A stretch of DNA of 64,000 nucleotides from an uncultured Aminicenantes bacterium (GCA_965195285.1 CBDAFS010000041.1:24585-88584), one strand, 5' to 3'. Counted from the stretch's first letter, positions 8,863 through 18,019 are shown. Translations and numbers: made by a program. The notes: a model not told the origin generated them from the sequence alone.

Positions 8863-10749
8863 ATGATGGGCATCAATTATTTCTCCAAAACCATCCTGTT
8901 CTATATGACGATGGTGCTGGTGGGTACCGGGGTTCTTTCCGCTCAACAGAGGGGCATAGAATTGTTGATCAAGGACAAATCCGGTAAAAAGGTTGGATTT
9001 TACCAGAAGAGCCATGCCCTGATCATCGGGGTGAGCGATTATACCGGAGGCTGGCCCGATATCGAAAGTATTCCGGATGAAATTAAAAAACTGAAGCGTT
9101 CACTGAGTGATCATGGTTTTAAGGTCCAGATCATCATGGACCCGGACAGTAAAAAATTATTTCAGGCCTACACCCTGTTTATCAACCAGCATGGTTACAA
9201 TCCGGATAACCGTCTGCTGTTTTTCTTCTCCGGCCATGGGTACTCCCGCCAGGCAGGGAAAAAGGGGTACCTGGTTCCCGCTGATGCGCCAGACCCCCGA
9301 AAAGATGAAATAGGCTTTCTCCGCAAGTCCCTGAGCATGACCCAGATCCTCACCTGGTCCCGCCAAATTGAATCAAGGCATGCCCTGTTTTTGTTTGATT
9401 CCTGCTTTTCCGGGACTATTTTTAAAACCCGGGCTCTGCCCAGTCAACCCCCGCATATTACCGATCTGACTTCCCGGCCGATCCGGCAGTTCATCTCTGC
9501 CGGAAGTGCGGGTGAAGAAGTGCCGGCCCGCAGTGTGTTTACTCCCTCGTTTATCCGGGGAATCAACGGTCAGGCTGATCTGAATAAAGACGGTTATGTA
9601 ACCGGTACCGAACTGGGAATTTTCCTGCACGATACCGTGGTGAATTACCAAAAAGGTCAGACCCCTCAGTACGGTAAGATCAAGGATCCGGATCTGGATG
9701 AGGGTGATTTTGTTTTTAAGATTCCCAAGCAGGTGTCTTCACCCAATCCGCCCCAGGCCAGAATCGTCAATGACCCGGAACTGGATTGCTGGATGCTGGT
9801 AAAAAACTCTGATGAAATCTCCGATGTCCAGTACTATTTGAAAAATTATCCCAAGGGAAAGTTTATGGTACCGGCCCGGTTGAAACTCAAACAGATCCGG
9901 CGACGGCAACAAGTACCCAGAGCTGATAAAGTCCGGAAACCAACCCGGAAAACCAATGCCGAATGGGTGAATGACAAGGGTGATTACTGGATATATGTCG
10001 ATGGAAAATCCTATGGTGCCAATACCAAAAGCGAATGGATTGACAATAACCTGCTGGTCTATGTGGAGGCCCTGAAGCAGTACTACATCATGAAGGATTA
10101 CAAGCACCGGGATGACAATACCCTGCGTCCGGCCCAGCCGGTTACTACGCCCAACCAGACCCTGTGGAGAAACGAGAACGGATTGTTCTGGCTCTATGTG
10201 GATGGTAAATCCTGCAGCAATATCAAGAGCGATTGGGCCGGTGATGACGTGCTGGCCTTTGTGCCCTCTCTCCAGTGGTATTACCTGATGGAGGATTACC
10301 GTCATCGAAATGATAATACCCTGAGACCGGCCGAGCCGATCTATTCACCCAACGGGACCCTGTGGCGGAACCAGAACCAGAATTTCTGGGTTTATGTCAA
10401 TGGTAAATCCTACGGATCGAGTACTCGCTGGGTATGGATCGATCAACATCTTCTGATCTATGTTCCGGAATTGCAACACTATTACCAGCTGGAGAATTAC
10501 AAAACCCGGGCGGATAATAAGCTCAGGCCGGCCCTGCCTCTGGTCAGTGGCAATAGAACACTGTGGAGACGAAAAGACAATCTCTACTGGCTGTATGTCG
10601 ATGGAAAACCGGTACACAAGGAATCCACCAGCAGCAGGCAGGGCAATGACCTGCTGGTGTCGGTATCCTCCCTGAATCAACAATTTGTATTGCAGAATTA
10701 CAAGAACCGGGACGATAACACACTGCGTCCGGCCCTGATCAAACGATGA
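8863..10749 (+). CDS. secreted caspase-like (peptidase C14) protein with four C-terminal 66-67 aa repeats
   Basis: ALIIG, FFSGHG and FDSCFSG dyad motifs; QTPQY; exact start uncertain. Confidence 0.88.
   Translation: MMGINYFSKTILFYMTMVLVGTGVLSAQQRGIELLIKDKSGKKVGFYQKSHALIIGVSDYTGGWPDIESIPDEIKKLKRSLSDHGFKVQIIMDPDSKKLFQAYTLFINQHGYNPDNRLLFFFSGHGYSRQAGKKGYLVPADAPDPRKDEIGFLRKSLSMTQILTWSRQIESRHALFLFDSCFSGTIFKTRALPSQPPHITDLTSRPIRQFISAGSAGEEVPARSVFTPSFIRGINGQADLNKDGYVTGTELGIFLHDTVVNYQKGQTPQYGKIKDPDLDEGDFVFKIPKQVSSPNPPQARIVNDPELDCWMLVKNSDEISDVQYYLKNYPKGKFMVPARLKLKQIRRRQQVPRADKVRKPTRKTNAEWVNDKGDYWIYVDGKSYGANTKSEWIDNNLLVYVEALKQYYIMKDYKHRDDNTLRPAQPVTTPNQTLWRNENGLFWLYVDGKSCSNIKSDWAGDDVLAFVPSLQWYYLMEDYRHRNDNTLRPAEPIYSPNGTLWRNQNQNFWVYVNGKSYGSSTRWVWIDQHLLIYVPELQHYYQLENYKTRADNKLRPALPLVSGNRTLWRRKDNLYWLYVDGKPVHKESTSSRQGNDLLVSVSSLNQQFVLQNYKNRDDNTLRPALIKR
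9964..10746 (+). repeat. four tandem intragenic repeats of 198-201 bp
   Basis: units start at 9964, 10165, 10363 and 10564; consensus W..N....W.YVDGK......W....L..V..L..YY....Y..R.DN.LRPA. Confidence 0.92.
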
Positions 10750-11288
10750 ACATGAAACGACAATCATATATTTTCAGAATTGTTATGGTGATCGGTGCGG
10801 CCTGCTGGATGGCGTTTTCAGGAATCGGATGGGCAGGGGATACCGCTCCGGAGGCCATGCAAAAAATGGCACCCTTTATTGGAAAATGGAAAACGGTCTC
10901 CCTGTATCCGGAGCGGGGCTTGATGGTCCCGGGTCAACTGGAATATCGCTGGGTACTGGGAAAAAATTGGGTGCTGGTCATCTTCGAGGGGCAGCACCCG
11001 GAACGAAAATACTGGGAAGCCATTGCCATGATCAGGTATGATCCCGAAAAAAAATGTTATATATCACATGATTATTTCAACGAAAGGGATCCCGTTCTGA
11101 TGACCGGTTTTTGGATCAATTCCCGCACGATTCGCTTCGAGATAAGGGATGATAACGGGTCATCCGGGATCGATTACACGGTCAACCCAGACGGAAGCAT
11201 CTATCAGGAAAACTGGATCCTGCCCAAGGGCAAAGAGAGGAAAGTCACCCTGAAAACAGACTATACTCGATGTTTGCCAGATAATTAA
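10746..11288 (+). CDS. exported protein, DUF1579-like beta-barrel
   Basis: signal peptide; FIGKWK...W.LG..W...YDP pattern. Confidence 0.6.
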   Translation: MNMKRQSYIFRIVMVIGAACWMAFSGIGWAGDTAPEAMQKMAPFIGKWKTVSLYPERGLMVPGQLEYRWVLGKNWVLVIFEGQHPERKYWEAIAMIRYDPEKKCYISHDYFNERDPVLMTGFWINSRTIRFEIRDDNGSSGIDYTVNPDGSIYQENWILPKGKERKVTLKTDYTRCLPDN

Positions 11289-11325
11289 TTGAGGTAAAGG
11301 TTAAGGTAGCGTAAAATGCATACAC

Positions 11326-11350
11326 GTAGGGGCAAACGGCGGTTTGCCCT
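11326..11350 (+). repeat. GTAG-type REP-like palindrome
   Basis: GTAG-GGGCAAAC-GGCG-GTTTGCCC-T; preceded by AGGT hexamer tract. Confidence 0.7.
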
Positions 11351-11709
11351 CTAATCGGATAATATTATTGAATTAATGATTACGGGCTTTCGCAAACATC
11401 TACTCCACTTTACCCAAAAATGCTCTCATTTTTGGGAGCGTTTCAGCATTTTTTGACATGCGAGAAAATGCTTTCACAAGCCGTTCCGGAGATGGTTTGC
11501 TACGCCCTGAATATATTTCTTTACCTTTTCCTCTATCTTTACCTAAGATTATGATCAATGAGCGTTGAACTGAATGTAAAGCCATGACCCCTATGAGGGA
11601 TGTTTCACATCACCCGGAGGGTGAAGGATTTCCAAAAAAACCTATAAAAAGGTTGAAATTATTATCTTGATCTTTATAATAATTGTATTGAGACTTGAGG
11701 AGGTCAAAT

Positions 11710-11880
11710 ATGAAGCTTAATGCACCCAAAAAAATGGTATGGTTTCTATCATTAATTTTAGCCATTATCAGTATTGTTGCTTATTTTGTGGTCATTCCGG
11801 TGATCACCGGAATTACCTTCTGGGTAATGGTTGCAGCCTGGCTCTTGCTGTTTCTGGCTACTTTTCTAAAAGGTTTTTAG
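11710..11880 (+). CDS. small two-TM membrane protein
   Basis: GGAGG RBS; MKLNAPKK followed by two hydrophobic helices; promoter-like TTGAAA-N16-TATAAT at 11653-11680. Confidence 0.75.
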   Translation: MKLNAPKKMVWFLSLILAIISIVAYFVVIPVITGITFWVMVAAWLLLFLATFLKGF

Positions 11881-12017
11881 CCTTGGATTTGTTTATTAAC
11901 CAAGTAACGTAACCAAACGATCCGGGGAAAAACGGAAAAAACCGAATTTCCCCGGAGTCCTTTTAATGGAGTTAATTCCCTGAAACCTGAACTGGGTTTC
12001 TGGCCGGGGAAAAACCA

Positions 12018-12215
12018 ATGAAAATCCTGATCAATGACCAGATGATTGAAATATTTGAAGGTGCCCGTCTGCAAGATGCGGTTCGCAAATATTCCGAAAC
12101 AGAATTGAAACTGATCGAAAAAGAAGACAGAAAAATTGTTGACAGAGAGGGAAATCCCTTGGCCCTGGACGGAGAACTCTCAGATGGAGAATATTTTTAT
12201 ATTATAGAATGTTAA
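12018..12215 (+). CDS. small hypothetical protein, ThiS/ubiquitin-like start
   Basis: MKILINDQ.IEI..G..L.D...LDGELSDG. Confidence 0.55.
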   Translation: MKILINDQMIEIFEGARLQDAVRKYSETELKLIEKEDRKIVDREGNPLALDGELSDGEYFYIIEC

Positions 12216-12364
12216 AAAACAAGCCTTTTATTGCCTTTTGATTCCTACCCTTCTTGTCTGTAATACCCCATAAGTTTTCGGCTTCCGAGCAATTATAATA
12301 AAACTGCTATGAAGACGATAACAATAAAGTGATCCAATACCGGATCATTCAGAAGGAGATAAAA

Positions 12365-12658
12365 TTATTTACTGACTCGATCCTTTAGGGTTTTTCCGGC
12401 TTTGAAGGTCACATAATTTTTGGCCGGAATCTGCATTTTCTGTCCGGTTTTTGGGTTAACTCCCATGCGGGCTTTCCGGGGAACAGTCTTAAAGGTTCCG
12501 AAACCGGGAATGGTGACTTTCTTTCCCGCATCAAGCTCAACCGCGATGATCCCTTTTCCGGATTTGGCATTAAAAATAGAATCAACGGCTGCCTCAGAAT
12601 CTTTTAAGGAAAGGCCGGTTTTTTTTGACAGTTTCTTAACAAGTTCTGTCTTGTTCAT
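12365..12658 (-). CDS. hup: HU family DNA-binding protein
   Basis: MNKTEL...GFGTF...ARMGVNPKTG...IPAK...FKAGKTLK; GGAGG RBS. Confidence 0.95.
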   Translation of the reverse strand: MNKTELVKKLSKKTGLSLKDSEAAVDSIFNAKSGKGIIAVELDAGKKVTIPGFGTFKTVPRKARMGVNPKTGQKMQIPAKNYVTFKAGKTLKDRVSK

Positions 12659-12859
12659 ATTTTTACCTCCGTGTATTTAAAAAAATAAAAAAAATCCTTA
12701 ACAATTGTCTTTCCCTGCTCCCCATGTTTCAATAAACAGGAAACAGTAAAATGTTTATTTTTACTTAATTCTTACTATAATAATAAAAGAAAAAACATTT
12801 TTTTCCAATAAAGAAAATTATTTTTTTAAAATTTTTAATGGGAAAAGGGATTATTCTTT

Positions 12860-13189
12860 CTATTTCTTGTCTTTTGTTTTCGTGTTGCAGATTTTGCAGG
12901 GGGTATAACCTTGCTTGATGGCCTCGGCAAGATTCATTTCCTTGGCATCTTTTTTGATCATATGGCAACCTTTCTTATGGTATTTTTTTTCGCTGGCATT
13001 GACCAACACTTTGGTTTCTTCCTGGGCAATGGGTTTGCAGACTTTGCAGGGGGTGTAGCCTTTCTTAACGGCCTCACTCAGAGTAACCCGGGTTTTCCCG
13101 GTTTTTACCAGGCTGCAATTTTTCTTGTGATATTTTTTTCCGCCCTCTTTTATATATACATAGGTTTCCGATGATTTTTTTAAAGCTGA
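12860..13189 (-). pseudogene. 5'-truncated protein with two tandem Ada-like metal-binding motifs
   Basis: own translation: KKYHKKNC..L.EAVKKGYTPCKVC and KKYHKKGC..LAEAIKQGYTPCKIC; no start codon before in-frame TAA at 13202-13204; absent from ORF track. Confidence 0.75.
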
Positions 13190-13213
13190 GGGGTCAAATC
13201 TTTATTATTGACA
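13190..13213 (+). repeat. GGGG(A/T)C boundary motif
   Basis: GGGGTCAAATCTTTATTATTGACA. Confidence 0.65.
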
Positions 13214-13231
13214 AATAGAAATGAATTAAGA

Positions 13232-13263
13232 CGCCTGGCAGGAGAACCATGGGTGACCCGGGA
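13232..13263 (-). repeat. tRNA-Arg 3' fragment, variant allele (copy A)
   Basis: + strand cgcctggcagg-agaaccatgggtga-cccggga. Confidence 0.85.
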
Positions 13264-13271
13264 ATAAAAAG

Positions 13272-14183
13272 TTACAGTCTCCTATTAATAACTTGAGCAA
13301 TGGCTTTGATATATTCAGGTCCCATCCGGCAACACCCGCCAATAATATCAGCCCCAAGATCCAGCCATTCATCAACCATCAATTGGCAAAATGATAAATC
13401 AGAAGAACCTGACCAGGTTTTACTGGCTGCATGGTATATTTCTCCGGAATTGGGATAAACCACCACTTTTTTATCACCCGATTTCTCTTTAATTGCCCTG
13501 ATCAATGGGGAAATTAAATTTGGTGCCGTACAATTGACACCAATAGCAAATACTCCTGGGTGAGAAGCAAAAAATGCAGCACAATCCTCTATGGGAGTTC
13601 CGTCATTCAGATGGCATTCATCTTTACAGGAGAAAGACACCCAGGCCTGTTTTTTGGTATTCTTCAGGATTTCCGCCAATACCCTGGCTTCCTGAAAGCT
13701 TGGCATGGTCTCACAGGCAAAAAAATCTGCTCCCGACGTATCCAACAACTCAATTCTCGGTTGGTGAAATTCTGTAAGTTCCTCATCGGATAAACCGTAA
13801 TGACCGCTATATTCCGAGCCATCAGACATAAAAGCGCCATATGGTCCAATACTGGCTGCCACCAGAGGCGAATAACTATTGGGTTGTGATGCCTCAAAAT
13901 CTTTTATTGCCTCCTGGGCAAGGGTAACCGATTTTAGAATTAATGTTTCGGCTGTAGCCCGATCATGACCCAGAGCCAAAAAACCCGGAATGCTGGCCTG
14001 GTAGCTGGAAGTGATGATGCATCGTGCACCCGTTTTTAGGTAAGCTAAATGGGCTTGCTTGATGGCCTCGGGATTAGAATCCAACAATCTGGCAGACCAT
14101 AACCAATGATTCAGGTCACATCCCTGACTTTCCAGCTGGTTTGAGAGACCACCGTCTATCAATAATGGATATTTGATGTTCAT
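13272..14183 (-). CDS. mmuM: homocysteine S-methyltransferase
   Basis: IDGGL, ASIGPYG, GVNC, VYPNSGE and IIGGCCR motifs. Confidence 0.93.
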   Translation of the reverse strand: MNIKYPLLIDGGLSNQLESQGCDLNHWLWSARLLDSNPEAIKQAHLAYLKTGARCIITSSYQASIPGFLALGHDRATAETLILKSVTLAQEAIKDFEASQPNSYSPLVAASIGPYGAFMSDGSEYSGHYGLSDEELTEFHQPRIELLDTSGADFFACETMPSFQEARVLAEILKNTKKQAWVSFSCKDECHLNDGTPIEDCAAFFASHPGVFAIGVNCTAPNLISPLIRAIKEKSGDKKVVVYPNSGEIYHAASKTWSGSSDLSFCQLMVDEWLDLGADIIGGCCRMGPEYIKAIAQVINRRL

Positions 14184-14221
14184 TTGATTACAAAGAGTTT
14201 ATTAAAATTTTTCAAAAATTT

Positions 14222-14273
14222 TTGACACAAATTTGACACAAATCAAAAATGTGGCAATGCAAGACCTGACCCC
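14222..14273. repeat. GACACAA doublet plus reverse GGGGTC boundary motif
   Basis: TTGACACAAATTTGACACAA (14222-14241); reverse GGGGTCAGGTCTTGCATTGCCACA (14250-14273); paralogous to 16269-16322. Confidence 0.8.
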
Positions 14274-14284
14274 ATTTATTTTTT

Positions 14285-14836
14285 TTAGTTGGGAACAGCT
14301 AATCCTCTTAACTTCCCTCCATTATCTCCCAGGATTATTGAAAAAAGAACACATATACCATTTAGGATCAAATACAACCATAAAGCCAAAGGAGCTTGGA
14401 ACATGATCAATAAGGCCAGGATTGAGGAGAGGAGAAAAAAGAGTATGGCTACGGTGATCTTTAATTTTAAAATAGGGGTGTTTAATTTTTTAAATTGGGT
14501 TTTACCAACCAATAATCCGGTTATTATTGCCCCTAATACCGATAAGGGTAAAAGAACTGAAAGAACCTGGCTGCACGATAAAAGATTGAATGGGCAAGGA
14601 AAAAACAAGATCAGGTGAAAGAACAGTAATCCCAAAATAATAACTGCAATTGCCTGGGGAAAATGAACCACCATAGAATGGAGATTTAAATCAAGAATTT
14701 TCCTCCTCTTTTCGGAAACTTTGTCATTATACCCTTCAAAGGCGTTTTTTGAAACTCCACAGGCAGGACAAAATTCCCCTAGTTTATGTTGATCAATAAT
14801 AAATCCGCAGACTTTACAAATAACTTTATTTTTCAT
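14285..14836 (-). CDS. rubredoxin-like CxxC domain fused to DUF2231-like membrane domain
   Basis: CKVCG...CPACG, then HSMVVHFP and four TM segments. Confidence 0.8.
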   Translation of the reverse strand: MKNKVICKVCGFIIDQHKLGEFCPACGVSKNAFEGYNDKVSEKRRKILDLNLHSMVVHFPQAIAVIILGLLFFHLILFFPCPFNLLSCSQVLSVLLPLSVLGAIITGLLVGKTQFKKLNTPILKLKITVAILFFLLSSILALLIMFQAPLALWLYLILNGICVLFSIILGDNGGKLRGLAVPN

Positions 14837-14932
14837 CTCTCCTCCTATTTATTGTCTGAAATAGTAAATGATTCAAGATTCTTTTGCAAGTAAGTAAAAG
14901 TAATAAGGGGTGTAAAATTTAGGAGTGTAAGG

Positions 14933-15028
14933 GGTGATATTGTTTGACAGTGTGACATTTATTTTTACAGCAGTTAGGAAAAGTAATTTAAAGGGTGAGG
15001 GAACCTGCACCTGGCAGGGATCGAACCT
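14933..15028 (+). repeat. about 100-bp spacer repeat ending in tRNA-Arg 3' fragment with native T-loop (copy B)
   Basis: TTGACAGTGTGACATTTATTTTTACAGCAGT...cctggcagggatcgaacct; paralogous to 16056-16171 and 24030-24140. Confidence 0.9.
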
Positions 15029-15066
15029 TTTTTTTATTTTTATTTAAAAAAAACGATAAGTGGATT

Positions 15067-15936
15067 TCAATACTTCAAAAGACCGTCCCTTTTTGTCCCT
15101 TTTTGTCTTTTTGTAATATGACGCTCTAGACTGGATATGAATTTTTGTAATCCTGCGATATAAAGTTGTTCTGAAAGGATAACCCCTTCATTGTGACTCC
15201 CTCTAATTGAGAGAAATTCTTTGGGGGAACGTGCAGAATCATAGAGTTTTTGACCGTTGCTATAGGAAATGATCTCATCATCCCGGCTATGAATAATCAG
15301 CACCGGGCAGTTGATTTTTTTTAAGTATTTTGATGTGTTATATTTAAAATGGGATAAAAGTTTAACTGGAAAAATCGGATATAGTTTTGCCCCCAACTCA
15401 GGGATTGAAGTAAAAGAAGATTCAACGATTAATCCTCTGGGATTATATTTTTGAGCTAGCCAGGCTGCTATTGATCCTCCCAGGGAGCGGCCAAAAACAA
15501 TTATTTTATTGTTTGAAATCTTTAATTCATTTACCAGATAATTCCAGGCTGCCTCTGCATCCAGATATGTGCCCTTTTCAGTGGTTCGACCTTCACTCTG
15601 ACCGTATCCTCGATAATCGAATATGAAGGTGTTTAATTGAAGATGATGAAAAATTTTAATAGATTCGAGTCGATGGGAAATATTCCCGGCATTTCCATGA
15701 CAGAATAAAATAGTTGCCTTTGGTTTTTTAGTGGGAATAAACCAGGCAGAAATTAACACATCATCAGAGGTTTTATAACATATTTCTTGATATTCCAGAT
15801 TAATGCTTTTTGGGGTTTGCAAAATATCTCTTTTTGGAAAATAAACAAACCTGGATTGAAAGAAAAAAAGGTAGGCAACTAATACTATGTATATAAAAGC
15901 TGCTGAGATTACAATAGTAAAAAAAAATCGGGACAT
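15067..15936 (-). CDS. alpha/beta hydrolase (ABHD13/YfhR-like)
   Basis: N-terminal TM; HGNAG, DYRGYG, GRSLGG, HSRDDEI and GSHN motifs. Confidence 0.9.
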   Translation of the reverse strand: MSRFFFTIVISAAFIYIVLVAYLFFFQSRFVYFPKRDILQTPKSINLEYQEICYKTSDDVLISAWFIPTKKPKATILFCHGNAGNISHRLESIKIFHHLQLNTFIFDYRGYGQSEGRTTEKGTYLDAEAAWNYLVNELKISNNKIIVFGRSLGGSIAAWLAQKYNPRGLIVESSFTSIPELGAKLYPIFPVKLLSHFKYNTSKYLKKINCPVLIIHSRDDEIISYSNGQKLYDSARSPKEFLSIRGSHNEGVILSEQLYIAGLQKFISSLERHITKRQKGTKRDGLLKY

Positions 15937-16055
15937 TGAATTTACCGTCAACTTAAAAAAATAATTTTACCAAATCAATAATAATAATATCTTTTGATAT
16001 TATATCAGGAAAAATGAGTTGTTGCCAAAGAAACATAGAAAAATCGAGAAAAATC

Positions 16056-16171
16056 GGGGACGTTGCTTGACAGTGTGACATTTGTTTTTACAGCAGTGAG
16101 GAAAAGGTGTTTTAAAGGGGTAGGGGAAAACGCGCCTGGCAGGGAAACCATGGGTGGACCGGGATTAGGAA
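16056..16171 (+). repeat. spacer repeat with variant tRNA-Arg 3' fragment (copy C)
   Basis: GGGGACGTTGCTTGACAGTGTGACA...cgcgcctggcagg-gaaaccatgggtgg-accgggattaggaa. Confidence 0.92.
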
Positions 16172-16268
16172 AACTATGTCCCAAAAAAAGAAAACCCTGA
16201 ATTATCAATACTATACAACGTTTTCAGGATTTCAAAGTTGAAAATTTGTGAAAAATTTTGTAAATATT

Positions 16269-16322
16269 TTGGCACAAATCTGGCACAATTATACAAAATG
16301 TAGCAATGCAAGTCTTGCCCTC
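16269..16322. repeat. GGCACAA doublet plus reverse boundary motif
   Basis: TTGGCACAAATCTGGCACAA; reverse GAGGGCAAGACTTGCATTGCTACA. Confidence 0.78.
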
Positions 16323-16448
16323 ATCGATTTTTTCTCCTGGATTGAAGGTAGATTTTTTTTTGGATTTATCATGAGAATTTTGTAAATTTACAATAAAAAT
16401 TCCAACTTTTTTAAGTTTTTTCGTAATAATAAATAGGGAAGAACCAAA

Positions 16449-17618
16449 ATGAAGTATCTATTTATGAAGAAGATAATGATGTTGATCATTTTTATTGTAA
16501 TGACCTCTGTTTCCTGTGATAAAACCAATGATGAATGGGTCTATTCAGTGCCGGTAAATCACAACGATGGCTGGGAGACCGCTTCTGTGGAGGATGTCGG
16601 AATCAGTCTACAACCTCTCACTTCAATGATGAATTATTACAACACAATAGAACACAAGATCCACTCCATCCTGATTGTTAAAAACGGCAAACTTGTTTTT
16701 GAAGAGTATTTTCCGGGATATACTGTTGGCAGCAGCAGTAATGATTTTGAGGGGGATTACGTCACTTTTTCCTGGGATAGGGTTCATATAACGTGTTCGG
16801 TCACCAAAAGTTTTACCTCTGCTCTGGTAGGGATCGCCATTGACAAAAAATTTATCAAAAATGAGAAGGTAACCATTTTTTCCTATTTCCCGGATTACAG
16901 CCACTTACAGGATAAGCAGAAAAACAAGATCACCATTGAACATCTGGTGACCATGACTGCAGGCCTGGAATGGGATGACAGTGAAGGCCCTGAATCAGAC
17001 AGGAACCAAATATGGCAGGAGTCAGATCCCATTGGATTCATTCTTGACCGGCCGGTGGTGGATGAACCAGGCACAGTTTATTTATATTCCGGTGGAAATA
17101 TCAACCTGGCCGGGGAGATCATTAAACGGGCCAGCGGGCTGGATGCTTCTGCCTTTTCCGGGGAACATCTGTTTAATCATCTGGGAGTTACCCAGTTCCA
17201 GTGGGGATATTATCAAAACAATGTTGTTCACTGCTCAGGTGACCTGTTTATCACCCCTCGCACTATGGCAAAATTCGGCACCCTTTTTCTCAATAAAGGG
17301 ATCTGGAAGAACACACGGATTATTTCAGAACAGTGGATAAACAAATCAGTATCCCCATATATTCAACTACCTCAGCCCAATAATTCTGTAACTCCTGCTG
17401 ACTCCTATGGTTATGCCTGGTGGATCTATGATTACGAATTGGATGGCGGTTATAAGGTCCATTCCTATTCAGCCCGGGGTAGGGGCGGGCAGGATATCAT
17501 CATGCTCCCGGTCCTGGATACAGTAGTTGTATTTACCCAGGGATATTACCTCACCCATTATCATCAGGCACAACATATTATGGATCGTTACATTCTGAAA
17601 GCAATTTTAAATATTTAG
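16449..17618 (+). CDS. serine hydrolase, beta-lactamase class C-like, probable lipoprotein
   Basis: lipobox-like SVSC; SVTK (SxxK); HLVTMTAG; YLYSG. Confidence 0.88.
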   Translation: MKYLFMKKIMMLIIFIVMTSVSCDKTNDEWVYSVPVNHNDGWETASVEDVGISLQPLTSMMNYYNTIEHKIHSILIVKNGKLVFEEYFPGYTVGSSSNDFEGDYVTFSWDRVHITCSVTKSFTSALVGIAIDKKFIKNEKVTIFSYFPDYSHLQDKQKNKITIEHLVTMTAGLEWDDSEGPESDRNQIWQESDPIGFILDRPVVDEPGTVYLYSGGNINLAGEIIKRASGLDASAFSGEHLFNHLGVTQFQWGYYQNNVVHCSGDLFITPRTMAKFGTLFLNKGIWKNTRIISEQWINKSVSPYIQLPQPNNSVTPADSYGYAWWIYDYELDGGYKVHSYSARGRGGQDIIMLPVLDTVVVFTQGYYLTHYHQAQHIMDRYILKAILNI

Positions 17619-17737
17619 CTTAATGAAGATGCGATGAAAAAGGGGTCATATGGTGAGGGACGGTGCCTGACTTTATGACTTTATTGTCCATTCGATTAAG
17701 CATCATAAAATGGGGGCAGGTCACTTTGATAAAAATA

Positions 17738-17810
17738 CGCGCCTGGCAGGGATCGAACCTGCGGCACCGGGATTAGGAATCCCGCGCTCTATCCTCTGAG
17801 CTACAGGCGC
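17738..17810 (-). tRNA. tRNA-Arg(CCT), intact
   Basis: GCGCCTGTAGCTCAGAGGATAGAGCG-CGGGA-TTCCTAA-TCCCG-GTGCC-GCAGGTTCGATCCCTGC-CAGGCGCG; extended -10 TGaTACAAT at 17819-17827. Confidence 0.96.
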
Positions 17811-17826
17811 ATGGAGAGATTGTATC

Positions 17827-17987
17827 AAAGGTAGAGGTAAAGGTAAAGGTTGAGGTTAAGGTTGAGGGGAAAACGTAAATCGTGAGTCGTAAGTCGTGAA
17901 TTGTAAGGCATTAGGGTAGGGGCGAATGGCAATTCGCCCTTTTTTATTGAATGGCTGTTATCCGGGCAAACCGTTGTTTGCCCCTAC
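17827..17987. repeat. hexamer/heptamer tandem tract followed by inverted pair of GTAG REP-like palindromes
   Basis: about 7 NNAGGT-type hexamers, AxxCGT(A/G) heptamers, GTAGGGGCGAATGGCAATTCGCCC at 17916 and reverse GTAGGGGCAAACAACGGTTTGCCC ending 17987. Confidence 0.75.
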
Positions 17988-18019
17988 ATGATTATAATTG
18001 TTTTGAGATTGATCAGCAC

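Noticed and set aside
9964-10746. DGR template/variable repeat
   Set aside because: The repeats are in-frame, diverged at all bases rather than at adenines only, and no reverse transcriptase is present.
11400-11590. Transposase remnant or real 61-aa ORF
   Set aside because: No recognisable motifs in the frames I read; only the weak GGGGTC-like site is noted.
12765-13174. Listed ORFs 12765-12968 (-) and 12911-13174 (+)
   Set aside because: They are shadow frames of the truncated Ada-like-motif gene, which has clear duplicated motifs.
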